A stretch of 64,000 bases of DNA from Candidatus Babeliales bacterium (GTDB taxonomy: Bacteria; Babelota; Babeliae; Babelales; JACPOV01), in assembly GCA_020054235.1 (NCBI GenBank), contig JAGVLQ010000004.1, positions 60,652 through 124,651 on the forward strand, in the 5' to 3' direction. The position numbers were made by a program, and so were the translations under genes. Positions 17,997 to 27,321 of this stretch are shown in pieces. Numbering within the stretch: the stretch's first letter is position 1; each line of letters starts with the position of its first letter. The notes under the pieces are model-generated. The model was not told the origin of the DNA and ran no database searches. It worked only from the letters and a program-made list of their open reading frames with translations.

Positions 17997-19076
17997 CTAA
18001 GCACCTTGCACAGTTGGTTTTGTGGGGTGAGCAGAAACCGATTTTTTTTCAGATTTTGCATCAGCCTTTTTTTGCTTTTGGGCTTGTTCCATATGCTTTT
18101 GCGCTTCTTCTTTCATTTTTTCCATTTCTTTTTCACGTTCTTGTTTTAAGCGCTCAAAGTATGCCTCATTTCTTTTCACGTTCATACCTTTTTTAACTTT
18201 TTCAAGTTCTTCGCCAAAAAGTTTTTGTGTTTTGAGTTGCTGTTTAATTGGGTCTTTTACTTGTTCAAACGGAACATATTTTGCTTCCTCTTTATTGAGG
18301 GCTTGTACCACAAAAAAGGCATCTTTACCTTTAATTAATTCTAAAGCGGGGAACGATTTAACTTCAAGCAATTTTTCACGTACGGGACCTTCTACATCAA
18401 AACTTTGAACAGTGATCTGCTTAAGTTCCTTAATTTTTACTTTTTGATCTTTTGCTGCTTGTGCAAAGTTATTTGATTCTTTAACTTTTTCTAAAAAAGC
18501 TTTTGCATCTTCTTCTTTTTTAAATTCAACCAATTTTCCGTTTATACCACCGCGCGATATGGTTAATTCTGGTGTAGATTCTTTACGGTCATCATACATT
18601 TTTTTTGCTTCTGCATCACTAACCTCAATTTTGTTCATTTTTGGATAACGATCTTGGAAATATTTAATCGCTAACTGACGATCAAGAAACTCGATTCCCA
18701 TGCGACGATCTTTTTGATAATCAGCTTCTTGCGCAATATTATTTTGATTAAGCCAATGCTGCAAGGCAATTTCATGTTCCATGCTTTCAAAAAGTTTTTC
18801 TTCTAAATCAGGAATAAATGCAGCCATTTGCTTTAATTGTGGCTGTGCTTCCATTATTGTATTTTTATAATCTTCAAATTGTGATGTCATAATAGCTGGT
18901 TTACCATCAATCGTTAAAAGAACTTCGCCCGTCGCAGCTTGTGTCGACATATCATTTTTTTGTCCTTTAGTGGCTGTTTCCCTTTCAATAACTGGTTTTG
19001 GCTTAAACCAATCGCAACTTGAAAGTAAGAGCAATGATGCCATTATTGCTGATAGACCGGAGATTTTTTTAATCAT
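17997..19076 (-). CDS. PrsA/PpiD-like (parvulin-type) chaperone lipoprotein
   Basis: Start moved to MIKKISGLSAIMASLLLLSSC, which gives a lipobox (LSSC) and removes the overlap with comF. There is a central parvulin-like segment and a K/E-rich tail. Confidence 0.5.
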   Translation of the reverse strand: MIKKISGLSAIMASLLLLSSCDWFKPKPVIERETATKGQKNDMSTQAATGEVLLTIDGKPAIMTSQFEDYKNTIMEAQPQLKQMAAFIPDLEEKLFESMEHEIALQHWLNQNNIAQEADYQKDRRMGIEFLDRQLAIKYFQDRYPKMNKIEVSDAEAKKMYDDRKESTPELTISRGGINGKLVEFKKEEDAKAFLEKVKESNNFAQAAKDQKVKIKELKQITVQSFDVEGPVREKLLEVKSFPALELIKGKDAFFVVQALNKEEAKYVPFEQVKDPIKQQLKTQKLFGEELEKVKKGMNVKRNEAYFERLKQEREKEMEKMKEEAQKHMEQAQKQKKADAKSEKKSVSAHPTKPTVQGA

Positions 19077-19152
19077 GATTTCCCTTTTTGGTAAAAACTG
19101 TTGAATTAACCTTTTGTACTGATCCCTAATCCTAACAAAATTACTATAAAAC

Positions 19153-19845
19153 TCAAATAACTCTACAGGTAACAACAGCAGAAATTGATGCTGGCTGGCA
19201 TTCAAACAAAACTTTAGCCGCTGACTTTAGCGTTGCTCCCGTGGTCATTAAATCATCCACTAAAATAATATGCTTTCCCCTAAGACAATTCTTATAGCCT
19301 TCATTACAAGAAAAAACATTTTCCAAATTTAGTACACGGTCATTACTTCCTAAGCGAAATTGAGACTGTGTCATTTTTTTTCTGCTCAATGCATTGATCA
19401 TTCTTTTCCCACTCAATACTGCCAGACGAGCAGCCATCAGTTCTGCTTGATTATAACCACGCCAAGCAAAACGCGTCCAATGAAGAGGAATAGGAATAAA
19501 AAAATCGCAAGAAAGATGCGGCAAGAGGGTTTTTTGCCAAATAACATCTGCCATGTGCGTGCTAGCAAGTTGCTTTGACCATCCTTTTGCTAAAATTAAT
19601 CGTTTTAAGGGATCTTGGTATCCTGAAACAGCAAAAACAGAAATTGTTTGACTTTTGGTAATAGCTAATTTCATCGAAACAATAGGTTTGATAGCAGAAA
19701 AACATGCTTCACAAAAAATAGTTTCATTACTTAAAAAAGTTTTACAGTAAGCACAATATGGTGGAGCAAAAAACTTAGTAATCAGATTAAGAAAATTAGA
19801 TGCAATCATAAAGAAAATACTAACAGGATAAGGTGAAGACAACAA
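19153..19845 (-). CDS. comF: ComF-family phosphoribosyltransferase-like protein
   Basis: N-terminal Cys pairs CAYCKTF...CEACF and the C-terminal PRTase motif HIILVDDLMTTGATL. Confidence 0.8.
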   Translation of the reverse strand: MLSSPYPVSIFFMIASNFLNLITKFFAPPYCAYCKTFLSNETIFCEACFSAIKPIVSMKLAITKSQTISVFAVSGYQDPLKRLILAKGWSKQLASTHMADVIWQKTLLPHLSCDFFIPIPLHWTRFAWRGYNQAELMAARLAVLSGKRMINALSRKKMTQSQFRLGSNDRVLNLENVFSCNEGYKNCLRGKHIILVDDLMTTGATLKSAAKVLFECQPASISAVVTCRVI

Positions 19846-20264
19846 TTAGCAAAAATTCCAGCAAGAATATCATCAAGCATAATGCCCCAAGCACCACCTA
19901 TATTTTCGCAGGACTTTATACCAAAACATTTTACAATGTCAAAAAAACGAAAGAGCATAAAACCTCCAATTAAAGAAGCACTATGCACTGGTAAAAAATA
20001 AAACGTAACCAAACAACCAATATATTCATCAATAACAATTTCTGAAGGATCTTTTACGACAAAAAAATGAAGCGATCTTTTTATACAAAAAAAAGCTAAG
20101 GCAGTATTTAACACTAAAAAAAACAAATAATACTGTGAAGGAATCTTTGCGCATAGCAAGAAAGCTAGTGTTGCTAAAGTAGCCATAGTACCAGGAGCTC
20201 TTAAGTAACCTATGGGCCCCATCGTGCTTAAAAAAAGAGAACATTTGTTTATTCGTTCAACCAT
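19806..20264 (-). CDS. pgpA: Phosphatidylglycerophosphatase A
   Basis: Carries GPIGYLRAPGTMATLATL, DPSEIVIDEYIG, FRFFDIVK and GIMLDDILAGIFA. 152 aa. Confidence 0.8.
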   Translation of the reverse strand: MVERINKCSLFLSTMGPIGYLRAPGTMATLATLAFLLCAKIPSQYYLFFLVLNTALAFFCIKRSLHFFVVKDPSEIVIDEYIGCLVTFYFLPVHSASLIGGFMLFRFFDIVKCFGIKSCENIGGAWGIMLDDILAGIFANCCLHLILLVFSL

Positions 20265-20695
20265 AAATATCCAATCAGCATAACGCCAAACATAATTGCT
20301 GCATCAGCAATATTAAAAGCAGGGCATGACCAGAAACCAATTGAAAAAATAATGAAATCAATCACACCATGATATAAAAATCTATCAAGAATATTCGAAA
20401 TTCCACCTGCTAAAATAAATGTTGCCCCAATAAGCTCTAAAGCAGCATGCATTCTTTGATAGAAAAAAAAAGCAAAAGCACAATAAAGCGTAATGACAAA
20501 ACAATTAACACTCCAAAAAATCATTTCATCCGGAACATTGAATATTCCACAGGCAATACCACGATTAAACGTAAGATTGAATGATAAAAAAGAAGAAACA
20601 TTAAAACCATGTTCAAGGTAATGGTAAGCCCAATATTTCGTAATTCTATCACAAATCAGTACTATAAAAAAAAGAATAGTGTTTTTTGAATTCAT
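20249..20695 (-). CDS. lspA: Lipoprotein signal peptidase II
   Basis: Carries DRITKYWA, NRGIACG, GGISNILDRFLYHGVIDFI and FNIADAAI. 148 aa. Confidence 0.88.
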   Translation of the reverse strand: MNSKNTILFFIVLICDRITKYWAYHYLEHGFNVSSFLSFNLTFNRGIACGIFNVPDEMIFWSVNCFVITLYCAFAFFFYQRMHAALELIGATFILAGGISNILDRFLYHGVIDFIIFSIGFWSCPAFNIADAAIMFGVMLIGYLWLNE

Positions 20696-20699
20696 AGGA

Positions 20700-23033
20700 T
20701 TAGCGAACTATAGCGTTAATCTTTTTCAGTTCAACAACAACATGGTTATAAATATTTTCTATATCGTCTTTTGCAAGAGTTCTTTCTGGATCTCGAGCCT
20801 GAAACCGCATGGTGATTGCGCGCTTATCAATCCATTCATCTTTTTGAAAAAAATCTATAAGAGCAACATGATAAATTCTGCTATCAGACCTTTGGATAAG
20901 TTCACTAACCTGCTCCACCGTTACCTGTAATGGCAGAAATAAGCTAATGTCCATTGATGTGCCAGGAAACTTTGGAAGCGGCGTATATTTTTTTGGTTCC
21001 GGCATAATCTCGAGTAATTTTTGCGCATCAAGTTCAAAAATAAAGGCTTCACCTTCAGTCAAATGCATTAAAAATTCTTGATTGATCATGCCGGCAGTAC
21101 CAATAACAGTACCATTATACTGCAATTGAGCCGTTTGAAATGGATGGTACCATGGTTGCGCAGAATTGAGTAATTTATGCCAAGTAACGGTTAAATCTAA
21201 CGACTCAAATAATGTTGTTAATTCATGCTTGCAGTGATAAAAGTCAACTTTTTTCTTTTTTTCAAAAAAGATTCCAGATAGTGATTGCTGTTCCACAACA
21301 TCATCTTTATTTTTTTGCCAAATAGTGTTCCATTCAAAAAAACGCAGCGAATCATAGTGCACAACATTATGCATAATATTTTTTAATAAATGTGGTATCA
21401 ATGACGTTACCATTTTTTGCCAATGCTCAGAAATAGGATTTTTTATTGTTAAAGCATGTTCTGGATGCCATCTAAGTTCTTGCAAAAATTGTTCATCATA
21501 AATAGCATAATTTAGTACTTCGCGTGCAGCCATACCAAATGCGCAAAGTTCTTTGATTGCACTTTTTTTGAAAACCCAAGCATTATTGGCAATACTAATC
21601 TTCTTGGACGGCAAAACACGCGGAATTGCATCATAACCATAAAAACGCGCAACCTCTTCAACAATATCTTCAGGAATATTAACATCTTTGGTTGCTCTGA
21701 ATGCCGGGACAGAAATGCTATAAGAAACACTATTGTTTAAACCATTTTTTTTTACTTCAAAACCTAATACTGATAAACATTTTTCAACAAAAACAGATTC
21801 AATAGTAGTACCAATGCATTGCTCAATAAATGCATGCTCAATGTCAATTATTTTTGGTTGGGCCTCATGACCTAACGAAACAATATGATCAGCAACAACC
21901 ATCGTCATATTTTCCTGTTCTGCTAACTTTAAAAAGCGCAGGAGTCCATAAACATTTTGATTTGGGTCCAAACTTTTTTCAAATCGTGCAGAAGCTTCGG
22001 TGCGTAGATGAAAGCGCTGTGAGGTTTTTCTAATGGTTGCAGCATCAAAGCACGCTGATTCTAAAAAAAGTGCTCTTGTTTTTGCTGAAACTGCTGTAGA
22101 AGCTCCGCCCATAATCCCCGCAAGCGCGATGGGATTTTTCCCGTCACTAATCACCAAATCATCTTCAGTAAGTTCAATTGTTTTGCCATCAAGCAACGTA
22201 AGCTTTTGCCCAAACTTTGCAAAGCGGGGGCCAATTTTTTTTGTTTCAATGGCAATTGCATCAAAAGCATGCATAGGCTGACTTAACTCAATCATGACAT
22301 AGTTGGTCAAATCAACAATAGCATCAATAGGTTTAGCTTCGACACGCGCCAACCGATACGCCATCCAAAGCCAAGAAGCTTTTGGTGTTATTTCAGAAAT
22401 ATACAAACCAGAAAAACGTGGCGCTGCTTTAGAATCTTTAATTTCTATAGTAAAAGGATTTTCTGGCGTGCCGGAAGCAAAATTTTCATATTTTTTTATC
22501 GGTAGATCTGCCAAAAAAAGCTCTAACGGTTTGAGCGGCAAATCTAAGATTGCAGCAATTTCGCGTGCAATTCCGCGGTGTCCCCATAAATCGGGACGGT
22601 TAGTGATAGATTTATTATCAAGTTCAAAAATATAATCTTCGCTTTCAATATAGTTTTTCCAGTTACCAGCAAGGTCAGCCTGCGCACACGAAAATGCCGG
22701 CAACAATCCTTCTTTATTTGCATGCCAGTCATCTAAGGTTGCCCAACGAAAGCCATCTGGCTTTTTTTTGACCATATAGATTTTTTGAACTTCAGCATCA
22801 GTTCGTTTTGGTAAGGCAAGCTCTTTAGCAAGCTCAGGACAGAAAAGAAGAATATCTTCTTGGCGAATCTCAAGAACCTTCACCAAAAAAAAATTCTGTA
22901 GATCAAGATTGATTTTTTTGAAGCTTTCTATTTCTGCAGTCGTGGTGTTAAATTTCTGCACTAAGGTTGGAATGTCATACTCTTTCCAAGAACCGTTAAT
23001 ATGATCAAAAATCCATGAAAGTGATAATTTCAT
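20700..23033 (-). CDS. pheT: Phenylalanine--tRNA ligase beta subunit
   Basis: 777-aa ORF starting MKLSLSWI. It has B3/4 and B5 region motifs (NRPDLWGHRGIAREIA, GIMGG) and a C-terminal FDX-ACB-like domain. Confidence 0.9.
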   Translation of the reverse strand: MKLSLSWIFDHINGSWKEYDIPTLVQKFNTTTAEIESFKKINLDLQNFFLVKVLEIRQEDILLFCPELAKELALPKRTDAEVQKIYMVKKKPDGFRWATLDDWHANKEGLLPAFSCAQADLAGNWKNYIESEDYIFELDNKSITNRPDLWGHRGIAREIAAILDLPLKPLELFLADLPIKKYENFASGTPENPFTIEIKDSKAAPRFSGLYISEITPKASWLWMAYRLARVEAKPIDAIVDLTNYVMIELSQPMHAFDAIAIETKKIGPRFAKFGQKLTLLDGKTIELTEDDLVISDGKNPIALAGIMGGASTAVSAKTRALFLESACFDAATIRKTSQRFHLRTEASARFEKSLDPNQNVYGLLRFLKLAEQENMTMVVADHIVSLGHEAQPKIIDIEHAFIEQCIGTTIESVFVEKCLSVLGFEVKKNGLNNSVSYSISVPAFRATKDVNIPEDIVEEVARFYGYDAIPRVLPSKKISIANNAWVFKKSAIKELCAFGMAAREVLNYAIYDEQFLQELRWHPEHALTIKNPISEHWQKMVTSLIPHLLKNIMHNVVHYDSLRFFEWNTIWQKNKDDVVEQQSLSGIFFEKKKKVDFYHCKHELTTLFESLDLTVTWHKLLNSAQPWYHPFQTAQLQYNGTVIGTAGMINQEFLMHLTEGEAFIFELDAQKLLEIMPEPKKYTPLPKFPGTSMDISLFLPLQVTVEQVSELIQRSDSRIYHVALIDFFQKDEWIDKRAITMRFQARDPERTLAKDDIENIYNHVVVELKKINAIVR

Positions 23034-23497
23034 TGAAAAAACCTTTTTTATGCCCTAGTAAAATTTTTCTTTAAGTTTAAGAGAAAATTGAAAAAGCTGC
23101 AATCTGCAGGCTATTACTCAGCTTATTATTATTGAAAGCACTCTTATTTGAGTAATAAATGCTAACACATAGTCAACAATATTAACAATTTATTAAAGGA
23201 ATTTATATCTTTCTCGGGTCTTTACTTAAATGCTGTGAACTAACAGAAGAAGAAAATAGAAATATTGAAAATTACACCAAAAAAAATTTGAATACATCAC
23301 CTGATATTATTTACTATTTAAAAGAAACTAAAGCTTTTCTGATTCAGTTTTAGCCGATTTAGAATCTAACAAAAATTGCGCTAATTATATGCCCGAAAAA
23401 ATCTACCTTGAGGAACATTATGAAATAGAATGCTTACCAGATTTTTCATCCGATAAAATAAAAAAACTCATTTGTACTATATCAGAGGAGTTATGCT

Positions 23498-23728
23498 ATG
23501 GTAAAAAAACTTTCCAAATACGGCAATAGTATGGCAATTATAATTGACAAACCAATTCTAGAATTACTCAATATCAATGAACATACTCAACTCAAGATAA
23601 AAACTGATGGGAAAAATATCATTATCGAACCAATAAGCCCCAAAAAAACAAAATCATCACAAAAAAAAGATTATGAGAAAATCATTGATACCTATCAAGA
23701 AGCTTTAAAAAAATTATCGAAAAATTAA
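23498..23728 (+). CDS. AbrB/MazE/SpoVT-family antitoxin (Phd-like partner of Doc)
   Basis: MVKKLSKYGNSMAIIIDKPILELLNI is a swapped-hairpin AbrB-type motif. 76 aa, RBS gaggag. The stop overlaps the doc ATG (TAATG). Confidence 0.8.
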   Translation: MVKKLSKYGNSMAIIIDKPILELLNINEHTQLKIKTDGKNIIIEPISPKKTKSSQKKDYEKIIDTYQEALKKLSKN

Positions 23729-24111
23729 TGAAAATTATTTTTCTTACTTTTGAAGAAATAATCACTCTACATGATGCACTCATCAAACGTTTCGGTGGGT
23801 TGTCGGGCCTAAGAGACAAAGGGCTTTTAGAATCAGCAATTTATCAGCCAGAAATTACGCTCGGTGGCAAATTCGCCTATCAATCACTTTTTGCTATGTC
23901 AGCAGCATATGCATTTGGCATTATAAAAAATCATGCATTTTTCGATGGCAACAAACGAACTGGCATGGTTGCCGCGTTATTATTCCTCAAAAGAAATAAC
24001 ATCGAAATAACCTTAACCAATGATTAATTTTTTAACCTCGCTATAGATATTGCCACATCAAAAGTATCCTTAGAAAAATTAGCTGAAATTTTAGAAAATA
24101 ATCATAAATAG
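23728..24111 (+). pseudogene. doc: Doc (Fic-fold) toxin gene interrupted by an in-frame TAA at codon 100
   Basis: Fic/Doc motif HAFFDGNKRTG is present. The ORF stops at 24025-24027, but the same frame continues as FFNLAIDIATSKVSLEKLAEILENNHK to TAG at 24109-24111. That restores a Doc-typical total of about 127 aa. Confidence 0.7.
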
Positions 24112-24188
24112 AATTAGGCAAATCCTGAAAAATACGGGGGCACGTTTTTATGTACAAAAACCCAATTTTTTGCTAAAGTAGCGGTACT

Positions 24189-25115
24189 ATGAATAAAATA
24201 ATACTTTTTTACAAATACATTCATATCAAAAACCCAGAAGCTATGCGTGACTGGCAACGTGAACTCTGTGAAAAACTTGGTTTAAAAGGGCGAATTTTAA
24301 TCGGGGAAGAAGGCATCAATGCTACTGTTGGCGGCTCTCCCAAAGCAGCAGACCAATACGTAGCAACCATGAAAGCACACGAACTTTTTGCAGACGTTGA
24401 CTATAAAGAAAGCATGGCTGACAGTGATAGCTTTCCTAAGCTAAAAGTTAAAGTTCGTTCTGAAATAGTCCGCTTGGGCATCGACCCTAAACTACTAACA
24501 CCAGAAAATGGCGGCAAGCATTTAACACCCGAGCAAACACACAAACTCCTTTCAGAAAAACCTGAAGACTTAGTAATTCTTGATGCGCGCAATGCATTTG
24601 AAGCCAAGATTGGTAAATTTGAAAATGCGATTGTTCCTGACATCGAAACCTTCAGAGAGTTTCCTGACTACGTTGAAAAAAATTTAGAGCAATTCAAAGA
24701 TAAACAAGTTCTTATGTATTGCACCGGCGGCATCCGCTGCGAACGTGCTTCTGCTTTGCTAAAATCTAAAAATGTAGCTAAAGAAGTCTACCAAATTGAA
24801 GGTGGCATTCACCGCTATGTTGAAAAATTCCCAGACGGCTTTTTCCGTGGAAAAAATTATGTTTTTGATGGCCGCATTGCTATGAAAGTTAATGACGATA
24901 TTTTAAGCAACTGCGAATTGTGCCAAAATCCGTGCGATGATTACACTAACTGCATCAATGCTTTTTGCAATAAACAGTTTACTGCCTGTTCTTCTTGCCT
25001 AGAAAAAACGAATAACACCTGTTGTATAACATGCCAAGAGCTTGTTGGCAAGCAAGAGGTTGTAGTTCGTACTTTACCAGCAAAAACTTCGTGTGATGCC
25101 TTTAAAAAAAATTAA
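24189..25115 (+). CDS. trhO: Rhodanese-domain tRNA U34 hydroxylase (UPF0176/YceA family)
   Basis: Carries ILFYKYIHIKNPEAMRDW, GRILIGEEGINATVGG, the rhodanese active site YCTGGIRCE and a Cys-rich C-terminal extension. Confidence 0.8.
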   Translation: MNKIILFYKYIHIKNPEAMRDWQRELCEKLGLKGRILIGEEGINATVGGSPKAADQYVATMKAHELFADVDYKESMADSDSFPKLKVKVRSEIVRLGIDPKLLTPENGGKHLTPEQTHKLLSEKPEDLVILDARNAFEAKIGKFENAIVPDIETFREFPDYVEKNLEQFKDKQVLMYCTGGIRCERASALLKSKNVAKEVYQIEGGIHRYVEKFPDGFFRGKNYVFDGRIAMKVNDDILSNCELCQNPCDDYTNCINAFCNKQFTACSSCLEKTNNTCCITCQELVGKQEVVVRTLPAKTSCDAFKKN

Positions 25116-25116
25116 T

Positions 25117-25548
25117 ATGAAAAAAATAATATTCAGTATTTTACTCGGTCTGTTATATGCTTCTTCAGAAGCAACGATGTTGCGTAATGGTGCTGAGGTA
25201 CAGCAAGAGAAAATCGATAAAGTTTGGGAAGCTTTGCAAAGCGTTGAACCCATAGTTTTTTATTGGCTTTGGCGGTGGTGTCAAACCGATCAACAACAAC
25301 GCGATGATATTTATGAACATTACCTGAAGCAAAAAAAAGAAAAATTGAATAACCTTGGACTAATGCAAAATAAAATAATAGATCAAGAAACACAAAATAT
25401 CATTCTTTCTGCTTATTTGGGAACGAATGAACCAAAAATAATTGAAAAAGAATATCCTGTAGAATCTTTTGCGGAAAAATATATACCCGGTTATCGCGGT
25501 TACTTTGTCTGGACAAAATTTAAAAATAATTTTCGACAAATTGGTTAA
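25117..25548 (+). CDS. Hypothetical secreted protein
   Basis: Start placed at MKKIIFSILLGLLYASSEA, a signal peptide lying just after the trhO stop. No family recognised. Confidence 0.5.
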   Translation: MKKIIFSILLGLLYASSEATMLRNGAEVQQEKIDKVWEALQSVEPIVFYWLWRWCQTDQQQRDDIYEHYLKQKKEKLNNLGLMQNKIIDQETQNIILSAYLGTNEPKIIEKEYPVESFAEKYIPGYRGYFVWTKFKNNFRQIG

Positions 25549-25585
25549 ATAATATATTTTAAAATTTAACCCTAAGGCATGAAAT

Positions 25586-26569
25586 ATGCTCCGCAATCCA
25601 TCACAAAAATACGCATCAAACATTCAATCGCTCATTCAACAAAATGTCTCCCTTGCTGACAAAAATTGGTTTGCAACAGGAGGATCTGCAAAGTTCTTCT
25701 GCCAACCACAAACTAATCAACAGTTTCAAGAAGCACTTATTTTTGCCAACAAACAAAACCTACCTCTTTTTATTTTGGGCAACGGTGCCAATATTTTAAT
25801 TTCTGATGAAGGTTTTGATGGCCTAGTTATTCGTCCGCATTTAAAAGAACTTTCAATAGAACCATTCGATGAAAATCACCGTGTGGTTACCGCCGGCGCC
25901 GGTGTGCAACTTGATGATTTGATTGAATTTTGTCTTACCAGCGGCTTAAGCGGGCTTGAAGAATTCAGTGGCATTCCGGGAACAGTTGGTGGGGCAGTCT
26001 ACATTAATCTTCATTATTTTGAATTCTTGCTCGAACAATTTTTAATTTCTGCTCAAGTCATTGAAAAAGATACGGGCACTATAAAAAAAGTAGACCCACA
26101 ATGGCTCGATTTTGGTTATAACCAATCAACACTCCTAAAAGAAGCTCATTTTTTACTCAGTGCCACCTTCAAACTTAAAAAAATCAATGAAAACCAAGTT
26201 GCCTTTGCCCGTGGCAGAAAAAAAGAAATTATCAGGCACCGCGCAGCACGTTATCCACAAAAAGGCACCTGTGGTAGTTTTTTTAGAAATTTTCATGAGC
26301 ATGAAGTAACGATCGAAAGTAATGGCAAAAAAATGATCTATGTTGCCTATTACCTTGACAAAATAGGCGTAAAAGGTGCATTACAAATTGGCGATGCCAT
26401 TGTTTCTCATCAACATGCCAATATGATTGTCAATCGAGGGAATGCTACAACCAATGATATTATTCAAGTTGCTCGCACCATGCAGAAACTCGTGAAGGAC
26501 CAATTTGGCATTCTGCCTCAACCTGAATGTAGGTTGATCGGGTTCAAGGAATATCCGCTCTCTCAGTAA
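25586..26569 (+). CDS. murB: UDP-N-acetylenolpyruvoylglucosamine reductase
   Basis: FAD-binding domain pattern (WFATGGSAKFF, LGNGANILISDEGFDG, GIPGTVGGAVYIN) and a C-terminal MurB domain (CGSFFRN). Confidence 0.88.
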   Translation: MLRNPSQKYASNIQSLIQQNVSLADKNWFATGGSAKFFCQPQTNQQFQEALIFANKQNLPLFILGNGANILISDEGFDGLVIRPHLKELSIEPFDENHRVVTAGAGVQLDDLIEFCLTSGLSGLEEFSGIPGTVGGAVYINLHYFEFLLEQFLISAQVIEKDTGTIKKVDPQWLDFGYNQSTLLKEAHFLLSATFKLKKINENQVAFARGRKKEIIRHRAARYPQKGTCGSFFRNFHEHEVTIESNGKKMIYVAYYLDKIGVKGALQIGDAIVSHQHANMIVNRGNATTNDIIQVARTMQKLVKDQFGILPQPECRLIGFKEYPLSQ

Positions 26570-26643
26570 TTCATTCTGGCAATTTCAGCAAAATTACGTA
26601 TACTAATAATTAAATGTTAATTTTCTATTAGAAATGAAAAGCT

Positions 26644-27321
26644 ATGAATGAACTACTTTTTCTTATTCACAGTATCTTTATAGCCGGGATCGCCCTGGCT
26701 GCTGCCTATCTTGGGAAGGAAGCACTTACTGCTTTTGTGGCCATTAGCTGCATTTTAGCCAATCTTTTTGTTATCAAACAAATTACCCTTTTTGGCATGC
26801 ACGTAACAGCCACGGATGCTTATATTATTGGCAGCGTGTTAGCCATGAATTTACTCAATGAATATTTTGGCAAAGAAAATGCACAAAAAGCACTCTGGGT
26901 TGCATTTAGCGCAGCAGCATTTTTTGCCATTCTAGCACAAGTACATCTGGCTTATTTGCCAAACAGGTTTGATGAAAGTCATCTGTTGTTTGTACAAATT
27001 TTTAACGCTACACCGCGCATTATTCTTGCTTCTTTGTTTTCTTACTTTGCTTCTCAACGCTTTGAAAGTTATTTTTATACTTTTTTGAAAGAAAAATTGA
27101 GCGGCAACTATCTTATTGTGCGCAATTACTTAAGCATGAGCTGTTCACAGCTTTTAGATACTATTCTTTTTAGCTTTCTAGGTTTGTATGGCATTGTAGA
27201 AAATGTGTTTGATATAATTCTAGTCAGCTATGTAATTAAATTAACTGCTATCATTATTGTTTCCCCATTAATTTGGCTTTCAAAATTTTACATGAAACGA
27301 AAAGCTCATGAAATCCTTTAA
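26644..27321 (+). CDS. yhhQ: Queuosine-precursor transporter (YhhQ/DUF165, VUT family)
   Basis: 225-aa polytopic membrane protein. It shows the YhhQ-like pattern (ANLFVIKQI..., DAYIIGSVLAMNLLNEYFGK, SQLLDTILFSFLG). It overlaps tgt by 14 nt. Confidence 0.7.
   Translation: MNELLFLIHSIFIAGIALAAAYLGKEALTAFVAISCILANLFVIKQITLFGMHVTATDAYIIGSVLAMNLLNEYFGKENAQKALWVAFSAAAFFAILAQVHLAYLPNRFDESHLLFVQIFNATPRIILASLFSYFASQRFESYFYTFLKEKLSGNYLIVRNYLSMSCSQLLDTILFSFLGLYGIVENVFDIILVSYVIKLTAIIIVSPLIWLSKFYMKRKAHEIL

Noticed and set aside
19077-19205. The 43-codon N-terminal extension of the 17997-19205 ORF, which overlaps comF.
   Set aside because: An internal ATG at 19076 yields a canonical lipoprotein signal (LLLLSSC) and removes the 53-nt overlap. 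The extension has no signal-like features.
24025-24027. The idea that TAA is recoded (readthrough or reassigned) in this organism, explaining the in-frame stop in doc.
   Set aside because: TAA is the most common terminator of clearly complete genes in this window, so global reassignment is untenable. A nonsense mutation or sequencing error is simpler.
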